A DNA stretch of 64,000 nt from Shigella phage Sf21. Positions within the stretch are counted from its first letter, which is position 1, and each line of letters begins with the position of its first letter. Of this stretch, positions 47,499-58,964 are shown piece by piece. The notes under the pieces were generated by a model that was not told the origin of the DNA, did no database searches, and was given only the letters and a program-made list of their open reading frames with translations. Made by a program: the position numbers and the translations under genes. The stretch lies in the sequence record MF327007; one strand, given 5' to 3'.

Positions 47499-48124
47499 TA
47501 CAATAGCTCAAAGAATTCTTTGAGTCCTCTTATTACATGAGCGTGGGTTTTTCCACACTCTGGACATTTAATTGGAACAGCCAAATAAACAGTAGGCTTT
47601 AAAAGCATATCTTTTATAGCTACAATATCTGACTCTGTGATGATAGAATATAAATCTTCCAATTCTTTTTCATTTAAGTCTTCAACTGGAATGCTTTCAC
47701 CGTTAGCATGAATCGTTTCTATACATGATACTATCATGTGGGCTATATTTTTATCATCAAAAATTTTAGGGTAATGGAATTTAATTTTAATGTCACCCAG
47801 TGTATACCAGAGGTCTTCTGGTGCATCTATTTGTGTATGTAATAGATTTATATGGGTTGGTATTTCAGTTCCACAGGTGCACTTCCAGGAGTTTTCGTGA
47901 TTAACTTCTCCAAGAGAATGCGCCCATAAATGAATCAGTAATAGTTCTGATTCTTGGCGGTTTAAATCTTTTGCATTTGTGCAGTCTTTGATTAGCTTTT
48001 TAACAATTACTTCTACGGAACCATCATTTTTGGCAGTAATAAGTTCTAGATATTCTTTAAGAGTAAATGCACGACAGTTGATTATTTTAGAACCAACTCT
48101 CACGTCAAATTTGTATTCATACAT
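47498..48124 (-). CDS. 26: baseplate hub protein gp26
   Basis: 208 aa; late promoter (minus) at 48146-48153. Confidence 0.9.
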   Translation of the reverse strand: MYEYKFDVRVGSKIINCRAFTLKEYLELITAKNDGSVEVIVKKLIKDCTNAKDLNRQESELLLIHLWAHSLGEVNHENSWKCTCGTEIPTHINLLHTQIDAPEDLWYTLGDIKIKFHYPKIFDDKNIAHMIVSCIETIHANGESIPVEDLNEKELEDLYSIITESDIVAIKDMLLKPTVYLAVPIKCPECGKTHAHVIRGLKEFFELL

Positions 48125-48145
48125 ATTTAGCTCCTTTATTTATCA

Positions 48146-48157
48146 TATTTATAAATA
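48146..48157. promoter_or_regulatory. divergent overlapping late promoters TATTTATAAATA (genes 26 and 51)
   Basis: palindromic motif reads TATAAATA on both strands, correctly spaced for gene 51 (+) and gene 26 (-). Confidence 0.75.
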
Positions 48158-48174
48158 GAATAAAAGGAGCATCT

Positions 48175-48924
48175 ATGGCAAACATTATTCGTTGTAAATT
48201 ACCTGATGGTGTTCATCGTTTTAAACCATTTACGGTAGAAGATTATCGAGATTTTTTGTTAGTTCGAAACGATATAGAACATCGGTCATCACAAGAACAA
48301 AAAGAAGTAATTGCTGATTTAATTGCTGATTATTTTGGAGACTATCCAAAGACTTGGCAACCATTTATATTTTTGCAGGTATTTGTAGGTTCAATAGGTA
48401 AAACTAAAGTACCAGTCACATTCATATGTCCAAAATGTAAAAAAGAAAAGACAGTTCCATTTGAAATATATCAAAAAGAATTAAAGGAACCTATTTTTGA
48501 TGTAGCTAATGTTAAAATTAAATTAAATTTTCCTTCTGAGTTTTATGAAAATAAAGCAAAGATGATTACTGAAAATATTCATTCTGTTCAAGTAGATGAA
48601 ATGTGGTATGATTGGAAGGAAATTAGTGAATCAAGTCAAATAGAACTTGTTGACGCCATCGAGATAGAAACATTAGAAAAAATTCTCGATGCAATGAATC
48701 CTATTAATTTAACATTGCACATGTCGTGTTGTGATAAGTACATTAAAAAATACACTGATATAGTAGATGTGTTTAAGCTATTAGTTAATCCAGATGAGAT
48801 ATTTACTTTTTATCAAATTAATCACACACTTGTAAAAAGTAATTATAGCTTAAATTCAATAATGAAAATGATTCCTGCCGAGCGCGGATTTGTATTAAAA
48901 CTGATTGAGAAGGATAAACAATAA
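48175..48924 (+). CDS. 51: baseplate hub assembly protein gp51
   Basis: 249 aa; late promoter at 48150-48157. Confidence 0.9.
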   Translation: MANIIRCKLPDGVHRFKPFTVEDYRDFLLVRNDIEHRSSQEQKEVIADLIADYFGDYPKTWQPFIFLQVFVGSIGKTKVPVTFICPKCKKEKTVPFEIYQKELKEPIFDVANVKIKLNFPSEFYENKAKMITENIHSVQVDEMWYDWKEISESSQIELVDAIEIETLEKILDAMNPINLTLHMSCCDKYIKKYTDIVDVFKLLVNPDEIFTFYQINHTLVKSNYSLNSIMKMIPAERGFVLKLIEKDKQ

Positions 48925-50096
48925 TGAGTATGTTGCAACGCCCCGGATATCCAAATCTCAGCGTTAAATTATTTGAGAGTTATGACGCTTGGAGTAATAA
49001 TAGATTTGTTGAATTAGCTGCTACTATTACCACATTAACTATGCGTGACTCTCTTTATGGTCGAAATGAAGGAATGCTACAATTTTATGATTCTAAAAAC
49101 ATTCATACAAAAATGGATGGAAATGAAATAATTCAGATTTCTGTAGCTAATGCAAACGATATTAATAATGTTAAAACACGAATTTATGGATGCAAGCATT
49201 TTTCCGTGTCAGTAGATTCAAAAGGCGATAACATCATTGCTATTGAATTGGGAACTATTCATTCTATAGAAAATCTTAAATTTGGTAGACCATTTTTCCC
49301 TGATGCCGGGGAATCTATAAAGGAAATGCTTGGTGTCATTTATCAAGACCACACATTATTAACTCCAGCGATAAATGCTATTAATGCTTATGTTCCTGAT
49401 ATTCCATGGACTAGCACATTTGAAAACTATTTGTCATATGTAAGAGAAGTTGCTCTAGCGGTAGGAAGCGATAAGTTCGTATTTGTATGGCAAGACATCA
49501 TGGGAGTTAACATGATGGACTATGATATGATGATAAATCAAGAACCATATCCAATGATTGTAGGTGAGCCAACTTTAATAGGTCAATTCGTCCAAGAATT
49601 GAAATATCCATTAGCATATGATTTTGTTTGGTTGACTAAATCAAACCCGCATAAACGCGATCCAATGAAAAATGCTACTATCTATGCTCATTCATTTTTA
49701 GATTCTTCATTACCAATGATTACTACAGGAAAGGGTGAAAACTCTATTGTAGTGTCAAGGTCAGGTGCTTATTCTGAAATGACTTATAGAAATGGATACG
49801 AAGAAGCTATTCGTCTTCAGACTATGGCGCAGTATGATGGTTACGCTAAATGTTCTACTGTCGGTAATTTTAACTTGACTCCTGGCGTTAAAATTATTTT
49901 TAATGATAGTAAAAACCAATTTAAAACAGAATTTTACGTTGATGAAGTTATTCACGAATTATCAAATAATAATTCCGTAACTCATCTTTATATGTTCACT
50001 AATGCAACGAAACTGGAAACAATTGACCCAGTTAAGGTTAAAAATGAATTTAAAACTGATACTACCACTGAAGAAAGTAGTTCTTCCGATAAGTAA
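48924..50096 (+). CDS. 27: baseplate hub protein gp27
   Basis: 390 aa; synteny. Confidence 0.95.
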   Translation: MSMLQRPGYPNLSVKLFESYDAWSNNRFVELAATITTLTMRDSLYGRNEGMLQFYDSKNIHTKMDGNEIIQISVANANDINNVKTRIYGCKHFSVSVDSKGDNIIAIELGTIHSIENLKFGRPFFPDAGESIKEMLGVIYQDHTLLTPAINAINAYVPDIPWTSTFENYLSYVREVALAVGSDKFVFVWQDIMGVNMMDYDMMINQEPYPMIVGEPTLIGQFVQELKYPLAYDFVWLTKSNPHKRDPMKNATIYAHSFLDSSLPMITTGKGENSIVVSRSGAYSEMTYRNGYEEAIRLQTMAQYDGYAKCSTVGNFNLTPGVKIIFNDSKNQFKTEFYVDEVIHELSNNNSVTHLYMFTNATKLETIDPVKVKNEFKTDTTTEESSSSDK

Positions 50097-50577
50097 TAAA
50101 GAAGTTTCTATTCCTAAGATGGGTCTTAAACATTATAACATTTTAAAAGATGTTAAAGGTCCTGATGAAAATTTAAAGCTTCTTATTGATTCTATTTGTC
50201 CAAATTTATCACCTGCAGAAGTTGATTTCGTTTCTATTCATTTGCTAGAATTTAATGGAAAGATTAAATCTCGTAAAGAAATAGATGGTTATACTTATGA
50301 TATTAATGACGTTTATGTATGTCAAAGATTGGAATTTCAATACCAAGGAAATACATTTTATTTTAGACCTCCTGGAAAATTTGAACAATTTTTAACTGTA
50401 AGCGATATGTTATCCAAATGCTTGCTTAAGGTCAATGATGAAGTTAAAGAAATTAATTTTCTTGAGATGCCAGCATTTGTTTTAAAATGGGCAAATGATA
50501 TTTCTACAACTTTAGCAATTCCTGGCCCTAATGGTCCAATAACTGGAATTGGCAATATTATTGGATTATTTGAATGA
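50044..50577 (+). CDS. 28: baseplate hub distal protein gp28
   Basis: 177 aa from ATG at 50044, overlapping the end of gene 27. Confidence 0.85.
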   Translation: MNLKLILPLKKVVLPISNKEVSIPKMGLKHYNILKDVKGPDENLKLLIDSICPNLSPAEVDFVSIHLLEFNGKIKSRKEIDGYTYDINDVYVCQRLEFQYQGNTFYFRPPGKFEQFLTVSDMLSKCLLKVNDEVKEINFLEMPAFVLKWANDISTTLAIPGPNGPITGIGNIIGLFE

Positions 50578-52346
50578 AAAAGCCACAAGAAATGCAAACG
50601 ATGCGTAGAAAAGTTATTTCAGATAATAAACCAGTTCAGGAAGCGGCTAAATCCGCTTCTAACACTTTATCTGGGCTTAATGACATTTCTACAAAATTGG
50701 ATGATGCTCAAGCTGCTTCTGAATTAATAGCTCAGACTGTTGAAGAAAAATCAAATGAAATAGTTGGAGCAATTGATAACGTTGAAAGCGCAGTAAGTGA
50801 TACTACTGCCGGTTCTGAGTTAATTGCTGAAACTGTTGAAATTGGAAACAATATTAATAAAGAAATCGGTGAATCGCTCGGAAGCAAATTAGATAAATTA
50901 ACAAGTTTACTGGAACAAAAAATTCAGACAGCTGGAATTCAGCAAACTGGAACGAGTTTAGCAGTAGTCGAAAATGCTATTCCTGTTAAAGTCGTCGAGG
51001 ATGATACAGCTGAATCTGTGGGTCCTTTATTACCGGCTCCTGAAGCAGTTAATAATGATCCTGATGCTGATTTTTTCCCTACTCCTCAGCCAATTGAACC
51101 AAAACAAGAGTCTCCAGAAGAGAAGCAAAAAAGAGACGCATTTAACTTAAAAATATCTAATGCTTTAGATAAATTAACAAAGACAGTTGATTTCGGATTT
51201 AAGAAATCTATTTCAATTACTGATAAAATATCTAGCATGCTATTTAAGTATACCGTCAGTGCTGCTATTGAAGCTGCTAAAATGGTTGCATTGATAATGG
51301 CTGTTGTTATTGGAATAGACCTGCTGATGGTTCATTTTAAATACTGGTCAGATAAATTTTCAAAAGCCTGGGATTTATTTAGCACTGATTTTACTAAATT
51401 CTCTAGCGAAACCGGAACATGGGGTCCTTTATTACAGAGCATCTTTGATTCTATTGATAAAATTAAACAACTTTGGGAAGCTGGAGATTGGGGCGGATTG
51501 ACAGTAGCTATTGTTGAAGGGCTTGGAAGTGTTCTTTATAATTTAGGAGAGCTTATTCAATTAGGTATGGCTAAATTATCTGCAGCAATTCTTCGAGTCA
51601 TTCCTGGCATGAAGGATACTGCTGATGAAGTAGAAGGAAGAGCATTAGAAAATTTCCAAAATTCTACTGGAGCATCTCTTAATAAAGAAGACCAAGAAAA
51701 AGTAGCAAATTATCAAGATAAACGAATGAATGATGATCTTGGCCCAATAGCAAAAGGATTAGACAAAATTGCGAACTGGAAAACTCGTGCATCTAACTGG
51801 ATTCGTGGTGTAGATAATAAAGAAGCATTGACTACTGGCGAAGAACGTGCAGCAGAAGAAGAAAAATTAAAACAACTTTCACCGGAAGAAAGAAAAAATG
51901 CTTTAATGAAAGCTAATGAAGCTCGTGCTGCGATGATTCGTTTTGAAAAATACGCTGATTCAGCTGATATGAGCAAAGACTCGACAGTTAAATCAATTGA
52001 AGCTGCACATGAAGACCTTAAAAAACGGATGGATGACCCGGATTTAAATAATTCACCAGCGGTTAAAAAAGAACTTGCTGCTAGATTTTCTAAAATTGAT
52101 GCCACTTATCAAGAGCTCAAGAAAAATCAGCCTAATGCCAAACCTGAAACTTCTGCTAAATCGCCAGAAGCGAAACAGGTCCAGGTTATTGAAAAGAACA
52201 AAGCACAGCAAGCTCCTGTTCAGCAAGCATCTCCTTCAATCAATAATACTAATAATGTTATTAAGAAAAATACTGTCGTTCATAATATGACACCTGTCAC
52301 AAGCACAACTGCTCCTGGTGTATTTGGTGCGACGGGAGTTAATTAA
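50574..52346 (+). CDS. 29: tail length tape measure / hub protein gp29
   Basis: 590 aa; synteny. Confidence 0.95.
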   Translation: MKKPQEMQTMRRKVISDNKPVQEAAKSASNTLSGLNDISTKLDDAQAASELIAQTVEEKSNEIVGAIDNVESAVSDTTAGSELIAETVEIGNNINKEIGESLGSKLDKLTSLLEQKIQTAGIQQTGTSLAVVENAIPVKVVEDDTAESVGPLLPAPEAVNNDPDADFFPTPQPIEPKQESPEEKQKRDAFNLKISNALDKLTKTVDFGFKKSISITDKISSMLFKYTVSAAIEAAKMVALIMAVVIGIDLLMVHFKYWSDKFSKAWDLFSTDFTKFSSETGTWGPLLQSIFDSIDKIKQLWEAGDWGGLTVAIVEGLGSVLYNLGELIQLGMAKLSAAILRVIPGMKDTADEVEGRALENFQNSTGASLNKEDQEKVANYQDKRMNDDLGPIAKGLDKIANWKTRASNWIRGVDNKEALTTGEERAAEEEKLKQLSPEERKNALMKANEARAAMIRFEKYADSADMSKDSTVKSIEAAHEDLKKRMDDPDLNNSPAVKKELAARFSKIDATYQELKKNQPNAKPETSAKSPEAKQVQVIEKNKAQQAPVQQASPSINNTNNVIKKNTVVHNMTPVTSTTAPGVFGATGVN

Positions 52347-52354
52347 GGAATAAT

Positions 52355-53449
52355 ATGGCAATTGTTAAAGAAATAACTGCTGATTTAATTAAAAAGTCCG
52401 GTGAAACAATTTCAGCCGGACAGAGTACTAAATCAGAAGTAGGAACTAAAACATACACAGCCCAGTTTCCAACTGGGCGTGCTAGTGGTAATGACACTAC
52501 AGGGGACTTCCAGGTAACAGATCTATATAAGAATGGATTATTATTTACTGCATACAATATGTCATCTAGGGATTCTGGAAGTCTTAGAACGATGAGATCT
52601 AACTACTCTTCTTCATCTTCGAGTATTTTACGTACAGCCAGAAACACTATTAGTAGTACAGTATCAAAACTATCAAATGGATTAATATCAGATAATAATT
52701 CAGGAACAATAAGTAAAGTTCCTGTTGCAAATATTCTTTTACCGAGATCTAAATCCGATGTTGATACATCATCACATAGATTTAACGATGTTCAAGATAG
52801 TCTTATTACAAAAGGTGGAGGTACTGCTACTGGCGTGTTAAGCAATATGGCTTCAACTGCAGTATTTGGAGCACTGGAAAGTATAACACAAGGTATAATG
52901 GCTGATAATAATGAACAGATTTATACGACAGCCAGAAGTATGTATGGTGGTGCTGAGAATAGAACTAAAGTGTTCACTTGGGATTTGACTCCGCGTTCCA
53001 CAGAAGATTTAATGGCTATTATTAATATCTATCAATATTTTAACTATTTTTCTTATGGTGAAACGGGTAAATCTCAATATGCTGCTGAAATAAAAGGATA
53101 TCTAGATGAGTGGTATCGCTCTACTTTTATTGAGCCATTAACTCCAGAAGATGCAGTTAAAAATAAGACGTTATTTGAGAAAATGACATCGAGTTTAACT
53201 AACGTTCTTGTAGTTTCAAACCCGACAATTTGGATGGTTAAAAACTTTGGCGCAACTTCTAAATTTGACGGAAAAACAGAAGTGTTTGGACCGTGTCAAA
53301 TTCAAAGTATTAGATTTGATAAAACTCCGAATGGTAATTTTAACGGATTAGCTATTGCTCCAAACCTCCCTAGTACATTTACTCTTGAGATTACTATGAG
53401 AGAAATTATCACGTTAAATCGTGCTTCTTTATATGCGGGGACTTTTTAA
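52355..53449 (+). CDS. 48: baseplate tail tube cap protein gp48
   Basis: 364 aa; synteny. Confidence 0.95.
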   Translation: MAIVKEITADLIKKSGETISAGQSTKSEVGTKTYTAQFPTGRASGNDTTGDFQVTDLYKNGLLFTAYNMSSRDSGSLRTMRSNYSSSSSSILRTARNTISSTVSKLSNGLISDNNSGTISKVPVANILLPRSKSDVDTSSHRFNDVQDSLITKGGGTATGVLSNMASTAVFGALESITQGIMADNNEQIYTTARSMYGGAENRTKVFTWDLTPRSTEDLMAIINIYQYFNYFSYGETGKSQYAAEIKGYLDEWYRSTFIEPLTPEDAVKNKTLFEKMTSSLTNVLVVSNPTIWMVKNFGATSKFDGKTEVFGPCQIQSIRFDKTPNGNFNGLAIAPNLPSTFTLEITMREIITLNRASLYAGTF

Positions 53450-54414
53450 TGTATTCTTTAGAGGAATTTAATAATCAAGCAATAAACGCAGATTTCCAAC
53501 GTAATAATATGTTTAGCTGCGTTTTTGCAACAACTCCATCAACTAAAAGCTCTTCGTTGATAAGTTCAATTAGCAACTTTTCTTATAATAACTTGGGTCT
53601 AAATTCAGACTGGTTAGGATTGTCTCAAGGCGATATTAATCAGGGAATTACCACGCTAATTACTGCTGGCACACAAAAACTGATAAGAAAATCAGGGGTT
53701 AGTAAATATCTTATTGGTGCCATGAGTCAACGTACAGTTCAAAGTTTATTAGGCTCATTTACAGTTGGTACATATTTAATTGACTTCTTTAACATGGCAT
53801 ATAACTCATCTGGATTGATGATATACTCTGTAAAAATGCCAGAGAATAGATTATCCTATGAAACTGACTGGAACTACAACTCTCCTAATATTCGTATAAC
53901 TGGGAGAGAATTAGACCCTTTGGTTATTTCATTTAGAATGGATTCAGAAGCTTGTAACTATCGTGCAATGCAAGACTGGGTTAACGCTGTTCAAGACCCA
54001 GTAACTGGACTGCGTGCTTTGCCACAAGATGTCGAGGCAGATATTCAGGTTAATCTTCATTCTCGCAATGGATTACCTCATACTGCGGTAATGTTCACCG
54101 GATGCATTCCAGTGTCAGTGAGCGCTCCTGAGTTATCATATGATGGAGATAACCAAATAACTACATTTGATGTTACTTTTGCATATAGAGTCATGCAGGC
54201 TGGAGCAGTTGATAGGCAAGCTGCGCTTGAATGGCTTGAATCTGCTGCTATAAATGGTATTCAAAGCGTTCTCGGAAATAGTGGAGGTGTTACTGGACTA
54301 TCTAATTCGCTTTCACGACTCAGTAGATTAGGTGGAACTGCAGGAAGCATTTCAAACATTAATACTATGACAGGAATTGTCAATTCGCAAAGTAAAATAT
54401 TAGGAGCAATATAA
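53449..54414 (+). CDS. 54: baseplate tail tube initiator gp54
   Basis: 321 aa; followed by bidirectional terminator hairpin. Confidence 0.95.
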   Translation: MYSLEEFNNQAINADFQRNNMFSCVFATTPSTKSSSLISSISNFSYNNLGLNSDWLGLSQGDINQGITTLITAGTQKLIRKSGVSKYLIGAMSQRTVQSLLGSFTVGTYLIDFFNMAYNSSGLMIYSVKMPENRLSYETDWNYNSPNIRITGRELDPLVISFRMDSEACNYRAMQDWVNAVQDPVTGLRALPQDVEADIQVNLHSRNGLPHTAVMFTGCIPVSVSAPELSYDGDNQITTFDVTFAYRVMQAGAVDRQAALEWLESAAINGIQSVLGNSGGVTGLSNSLSRLSRLGGTAGSISNINTMTGIVNSQSKILGAI

Positions 54415-54417
54415 CAA

Positions 54418-54437
54418 TGGGGACCTTTCGGTCCCCA
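54418..54437. terminator. bidirectional terminator between gene 54 (+) and alt operon (-)
   Basis: TGGGGACC-TTTC-GGTCCCCA followed by TATTTTTATTT. Confidence 0.8.
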
Positions 54438-54442
54438 TATTT

Positions 54443-54733
54443 TTATTTACGGAATGAAATAAAAGCAGCAACTGAAGCAACTAAACTGTCTTCAATATAA
54501 ACTTCAATTTTTACCGGAGCTTCTGACTCAAATTTACCTGTTACTACACCTTGGAAAATGCTTTCAGTCTGTTCTGGCTTTGAAAAATTTTCAGAAGGAA
54601 AAATTCCGAACTTTTTATCTGTTCCAAAAATTTTAATAAATTCATCGTAAACTGCTTCATTAAAAGCATTATCAGCAGGAATAACGCCTTCAACTACAAG
54701 TTCTTGACCTAAAAAGCGCAAAGAAGATTTCAT
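54443..54733 (-). CDS. hypothetical protein downstream of alt genes
   Basis: 96-aa ORF, last gene of the minus-strand alt transcription unit. Confidence 0.55.
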   Translation of the reverse strand: MKSSLRFLGQELVVEGVIPADNAFNEAVYDEFIKIFGTDKKFGIFPSENFSKPEQTESIFQGVVTGKFESEAPVKIEVYIEDSLVASVAAFISFRK

Positions 54734-54793
54734 TTTGTGTTCCTCATGTTATGTCAGTAAGACTACTATAACACAACATAAGGAACTTGTAAA

Positions 54794-56851
54794 CTACATT
54801 TTGAACTTTTTAGACATTCCGTTGATGTTAACCAAAGAAGCCAAGATTTGAGAAACTTCGTTTTCCTCTTCTTTTGATTCTTCTACAAGGAATTGATTAA
54901 ATCCAGCCATTGGACGAACTTCACCAGTTTCCATTAGATGGTCTCCATCATATACTGATTCTTCTAATTGTTCAGAAGGAGGAACGATTGTACCTTCGAT
55001 TAGATACTTGTTATAAGCAGTTTCTTTCATAAAGTAAGTACTTACTTTATTAATCTTCAGTAAAATTCCACGTGGTAGAATAACTTCAGCTTCTGATGGA
55101 AATCCTGATAAATGACCTGGAACGATAACTTTGATTCGCTCAGCTCCTTTAATTACCATACCCACGCTAGTTTCAGCATCTTCATTAGCATATGTAGAAT
55201 GACTACCCATATGCATCAAATCTTCTGCATCAACAGAACCTTCTCCTTCGCCAGAAAATACTGCACCGGAATCATCTAGAGCCATATAGTTTTTACCATG
55301 CTCGCCGAAGATATTTGGTTTAAGTGATGTCGATACGAAGTTCTTGAAATAGAACATTTTATTTTCAATGTTATGACGCAAAGTTTTAAAGGTAACTTCT
55401 TGTCCACGGTAAAGTGTAGTTCCTGGAGGAAGAACTGAACCTTTAGCGAATGCAGAATCAAGCGTCTCAATATGTTTAATAGCTCGTTCCATATATTCTT
55501 CACGGGTAGAATCTGGTTTACCCAAAAGGAACGAGTTCATTTCAACATATGAATCTGCACAATAATCTTCAATTACATCAGATTCAGCTTGAGTTAATCC
55601 TTTTGGAGTTACTTCAGTGCTTGCGTATTCATATGCCTGAGCAGCAGATTCATTAATCAATTTATAAATGCCATTCATGACAAATTGAATAATAGCTGTC
55701 TTTTCATCTGGCGTAGCTTTAGAACCTTTAACCAAATCATTGACAATTTTCTTAATAACATCAAAGCTATTAGAAATATTAATGTCAGCGAGATCGCTCA
55801 AAATTTTATCGGTTTTATAATCAAAGAATTCTTTATTCTTTAAATATTCTTGAGAACCTTGATATGTTATATCGCTCTGCAGTCTGATAGACGGATCGCG
55901 TAAACGTGCATGGGCCAATGCAATATGATTTCGGAAGCTTTCTAGTTCATAATCGTTAGATTTAAAACGAGAAGCACTTCTCATACCACCGATAGCTCCT
56001 TTGCTGAAGTTTGAACCAATCTGAATAACGCCAGAGTTCATTGGTCCTTCTGCTTTATATACCGGAACTTTAGATTCAAACTCTTGATATTTCTTGGCAG
56101 CGAAGCTATCACCCTGTAGCGAAGCATCGACAGTAGAATATTGAGCTTGTGCTGCTAATCGACGACTAATTTTAGTTTTCTGAATAACAGCTTGATCCGT
56201 GCGCTTATCATTTTCTAAAGCAATAGAAGCAGCAACAGCAACAGCTTTAGGAACAGCATTACCTGTTTTAACGTCTACATAAACATCACCGACCTTTGAT
56301 TCAACTTTTGTGAATAACTCAGTTGAAATAGGAGGTACACCTGGAATGTCTTCTAAATTGGCATTTTTACGGTAAACCATAATATATGCATATTTCTTAT
56401 CATAGTCCCAGATTTCCTTTAAAAGAACATATCGACCTGCTCCTTTAGTACGTACTAAACGGTCAGCAATAACTTGCATTTGACGAGCTGCGCCATTTGT
56501 TTTACTTTTTAGTACGCGGAATAGGCATGCGTCGATTTTATACTGTTTCATTGTTTGAAGAGCAGTATCAAAAACGGCATTAATGACACCAATTGGATTT
56601 CCACCCAAGTTTTTAAGCTTAACTAATGATAGTTTCTCATTAACACCTATCATTACGATATGCATCATTTTATCGCCTGGCTTAACGTTTTTATTCGTAT
56701 CACCACCAGAGGTGTATGTACAAAATCTAAATCCAGGAAGCACGCTTTCTTCGCCGGCTTGAATAGCAAAAATTTGTGGTATTTTATGCTTAGGATTTAA
56801 GTTAACAACCGGCGCCGAAGCGCCGTCAAATAATTCTGTAATAAGTTCCAT
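54794..56851 (-). CDS. Alt-like mono-ADP-ribosyltransferase, paralog 1 (divergent C-terminal catalytic domain)
   Basis: 685 aa; N-terminus MELITELFD shared with paralog 2; R-S-E triad (LYRGQ, STS, EAEVILPRG); SD AAGGATAAATC. Confidence 0.85.
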   Translation of the reverse strand: MELITELFDGASAPVVNLNPKHKIPQIFAIQAGEESVLPGFRFCTYTSGGDTNKNVKPGDKMMHIVMIGVNEKLSLVKLKNLGGNPIGVINAVFDTALQTMKQYKIDACLFRVLKSKTNGAARQMQVIADRLVRTKGAGRYVLLKEIWDYDKKYAYIMVYRKNANLEDIPGVPPISTELFTKVESKVGDVYVDVKTGNAVPKAVAVAASIALENDKRTDQAVIQKTKISRRLAAQAQYSTVDASLQGDSFAAKKYQEFESKVPVYKAEGPMNSGVIQIGSNFSKGAIGGMRSASRFKSNDYELESFRNHIALAHARLRDPSIRLQSDITYQGSQEYLKNKEFFDYKTDKILSDLADINISNSFDVIKKIVNDLVKGSKATPDEKTAIIQFVMNGIYKLINESAAQAYEYASTEVTPKGLTQAESDVIEDYCADSYVEMNSFLLGKPDSTREEYMERAIKHIETLDSAFAKGSVLPPGTTLYRGQEVTFKTLRHNIENKMFYFKNFVSTSLKPNIFGEHGKNYMALDDSGAVFSGEGEGSVDAEDLMHMGSHSTYANEDAETSVGMVIKGAERIKVIVPGHLSGFPSEAEVILPRGILLKINKVSTYFMKETAYNKYLIEGTIVPPSEQLEESVYDGDHLMETGEVRPMAGFNQFLVEESKEEENEVSQILASLVNINGMSKKFKM

Positions 56852-56854
56852 GAT

Positions 56855-58909
56855 TTATCCTTGAACGAACTTGTAAGGCATGTTTGCAATATCTATACAA
56901 GACGCAATAATTCCAAGAGATGATTCTACTTTCTGTTTAACATTTGATGAAACAAATGATGCAAAGTCAACTCTGTCTTCTACTTCAATATCACCTGTCA
57001 TTGCAACCAATTCACCAGTTTCCATTAAATGGTCTCCGTCATAGATTACCGATTCGGTGAGCTCTTCCGTGGTCATAACTTCAGCTTGAATAAGCTTGTT
57101 GTTAGTTTTAACTGTTCCATCATTGTAAGATGCATCAGTTATTTTATTAACTTTGACCATTAATCCACGTGGCAAAATAACTTCCATTTCATTTGAAGGC
57201 GCTAAACTTCCACCGGGTAAAACAACATTGACTTTATCAGCCCCAGTAATAACCCATCCAATTCCGACTAAATTATCGCTAGAATTAACAAGCCCTTCAT
57301 CATTTTTATCGATAGAAATGTTTAGACGCTTTTCATCTGGTAAAACACCAACAGCTGAATCAGTCATCCAAGTACCAAAAATGTTTGGATATAATGATGT
57401 TGATACAAAATTTCTAAAATAAAAAACTCGATTTTTTACCAATGCTTCATATATTGAAGGTAACATTCGCTGTGAACGATATAAAGTAATACCTTTTGGC
57501 AATCGATCACCATTTTTAAAGGCTGAATCTAAATTATCAATAGCTTTTTCTATGTCAGATGCTGTCAAAATACTTGTACGCTCATCTGGATTATATAATC
57601 CCAAAAGAGCATTATTTATGTCTACATATCCTGAACCTACGTATTCACGAATTCCGCGTTTTTGTGCTGGTGTGTATTTAGATGAATCTTTATTTTCGAC
57701 TATAGGATGTAATGACCATCCAGCTGTAAGAGCATATCCACGTAATTCTCTTCGAATAATCTTTGTTTTTATTGCATTCCAAGAATTTTGTACTAACTCA
57801 TTTGCAGCATCTTGGTTTAAATGCGAATGTTTGTTAATATTTCTTTCAAACCAAGCACCTTTATATTTTTCTAAAGTATCATCGACGATAGAAGCAATAG
57901 TTTCTAAAGTTTTTATTGAAGTAATAGATTCTTTTCGTAATTTTTCTAAAGCTTTATTTTTTATTTCTGCATTAATAATGGATTCTTTATCTTCAGGAAT
58001 TATAGAAGCTTCTCTGAATGCCATCCCAGCTGTAACACTGCTAAGAGCATTCTCTAGTGCAAATCCTGAAGTAGAAATTACCGTTAATTCATTAGAATCA
58101 GAAATTAAAGGCGCGTCCGCTGGTTTATTTAATTCTGCCGCTGAAGCCTCAAATTTTTGAAACATCGGTGTTTCAAATCTAGAAGATTCCAATGACTGAC
58201 TTTGTGCAATTGCTCTACGGGAAATTTTAACTTTAACGATTACGGCTTGGTCAGAACGTTTATCATTTTCTTGTGCAATAGATGCAGCAATTGCCTCATT
58301 TTTGGTTACTTGAGCTCCAGTATCTTTATTGATATAAACATCACCGACCTTCGATTCAACTTTAGTAAAGAGCTCGGTGCTAATTTCTGGAACTCCTGGA
58401 ATGTCTTCTAGTGATACATTTTTACGATGTATAAGAATATATGCATACTTTTTATCGTAATCCCAGAGTTCCTTAAGAAGGACGTATCTGCCACCTGAAC
58501 GACTACGGATAAGTCTATCAGCAATAACTTGAATTTGTCGAGCTTGGCCAGCAGTTTTAGACTTAAGAATACGAAGCATACAAGCATCAATTTTATATTG
58601 ACGCATTGTTTGCATTGCAACAGTAAAAACTGAATTGATATAATTAATTGGGCTTGGACCAAGACCTTTTAATTTAGCAATTGAACCTTTAGCAGTTAAT
58701 GTAAAAGGAACAATATGCATCATTTTATCGCCCATTTTTAAATCGCGATTAGTATCACCTCCAGATGTATAGGTACATAAACGAAAGCCTGGTTGTTCAA
58801 TTGCATCATCAACATGAACTGAAAAAATTTGCGGTATTTTCTTCTTTGGATTTAAGTTTGTAATCGGAAGAGTAGTATCTTCGTCAAATAATTCTGTAAT
58901 AAGTTCCAT
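56855..58909 (-). CDS. alt: Alt mono-ADP-ribosyltransferase (packaged, modifies host RNA polymerase)
   Basis: 684 aa from second ATG; R-S-E triad (LYRSQ, STS, EMEVILPRG); TATAAATA (minus) at 58933-58940; adjacent to gene 30. Confidence 0.9.
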   Translation of the reverse strand: MELITELFDEDTTLPITNLNPKKKIPQIFSVHVDDAIEQPGFRLCTYTSGGDTNRDLKMGDKMMHIVPFTLTAKGSIAKLKGLGPSPINYINSVFTVAMQTMRQYKIDACMLRILKSKTAGQARQIQVIADRLIRSRSGGRYVLLKELWDYDKKYAYILIHRKNVSLEDIPGVPEISTELFTKVESKVGDVYINKDTGAQVTKNEAIAASIAQENDKRSDQAVIVKVKISRRAIAQSQSLESSRFETPMFQKFEASAAELNKPADAPLISDSNELTVISTSGFALENALSSVTAGMAFREASIIPEDKESIINAEIKNKALEKLRKESITSIKTLETIASIVDDTLEKYKGAWFERNINKHSHLNQDAANELVQNSWNAIKTKIIRRELRGYALTAGWSLHPIVENKDSSKYTPAQKRGIREYVGSGYVDINNALLGLYNPDERTSILTASDIEKAIDNLDSAFKNGDRLPKGITLYRSQRMLPSIYEALVKNRVFYFRNFVSTSLYPNIFGTWMTDSAVGVLPDEKRLNISIDKNDEGLVNSSDNLVGIGWVITGADKVNVVLPGGSLAPSNEMEVILPRGLMVKVNKITDASYNDGTVKTNNKLIQAEVMTTEELTESVIYDGDHLMETGELVAMTGDIEVEDRVDFASFVSSNVKQKVESSLGIIASCIDIANMPYKFVQG

Positions 58910-58932
58910 CATAGCCTCTCTAGTGTTTATTC

Positions 58933-58940
58933 TATTTATA
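58933..58940 (-). promoter_or_regulatory. T4 late promoter core TATAAATA (alt)
   Basis: exact TATAAATA on minus strand ~25 nt upstream of alt start. Confidence 0.7.
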
Positions 58941-58947
58941 AAATTAA

Positions 58948-58964
58948 AGGCCCGAAGGCCTTTA
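58948..58964 (-). terminator. UUCG hairpin between ORF 58962..59150 and alt late promoter
   Basis: minus strand AAGGCC-TTCG-GGCCTT. Confidence 0.5.

Noticed and set aside
51713-52105. 130-aa minus-strand ORF
   Set aside because: Antisense within gene 29, which is supported by synteny and length.
57552-58160. 202-aa plus-strand ORF
   Set aside because: Lies entirely inside the alt gene on the opposite strand; alt has the R-S-E triad, SD and late promoter.
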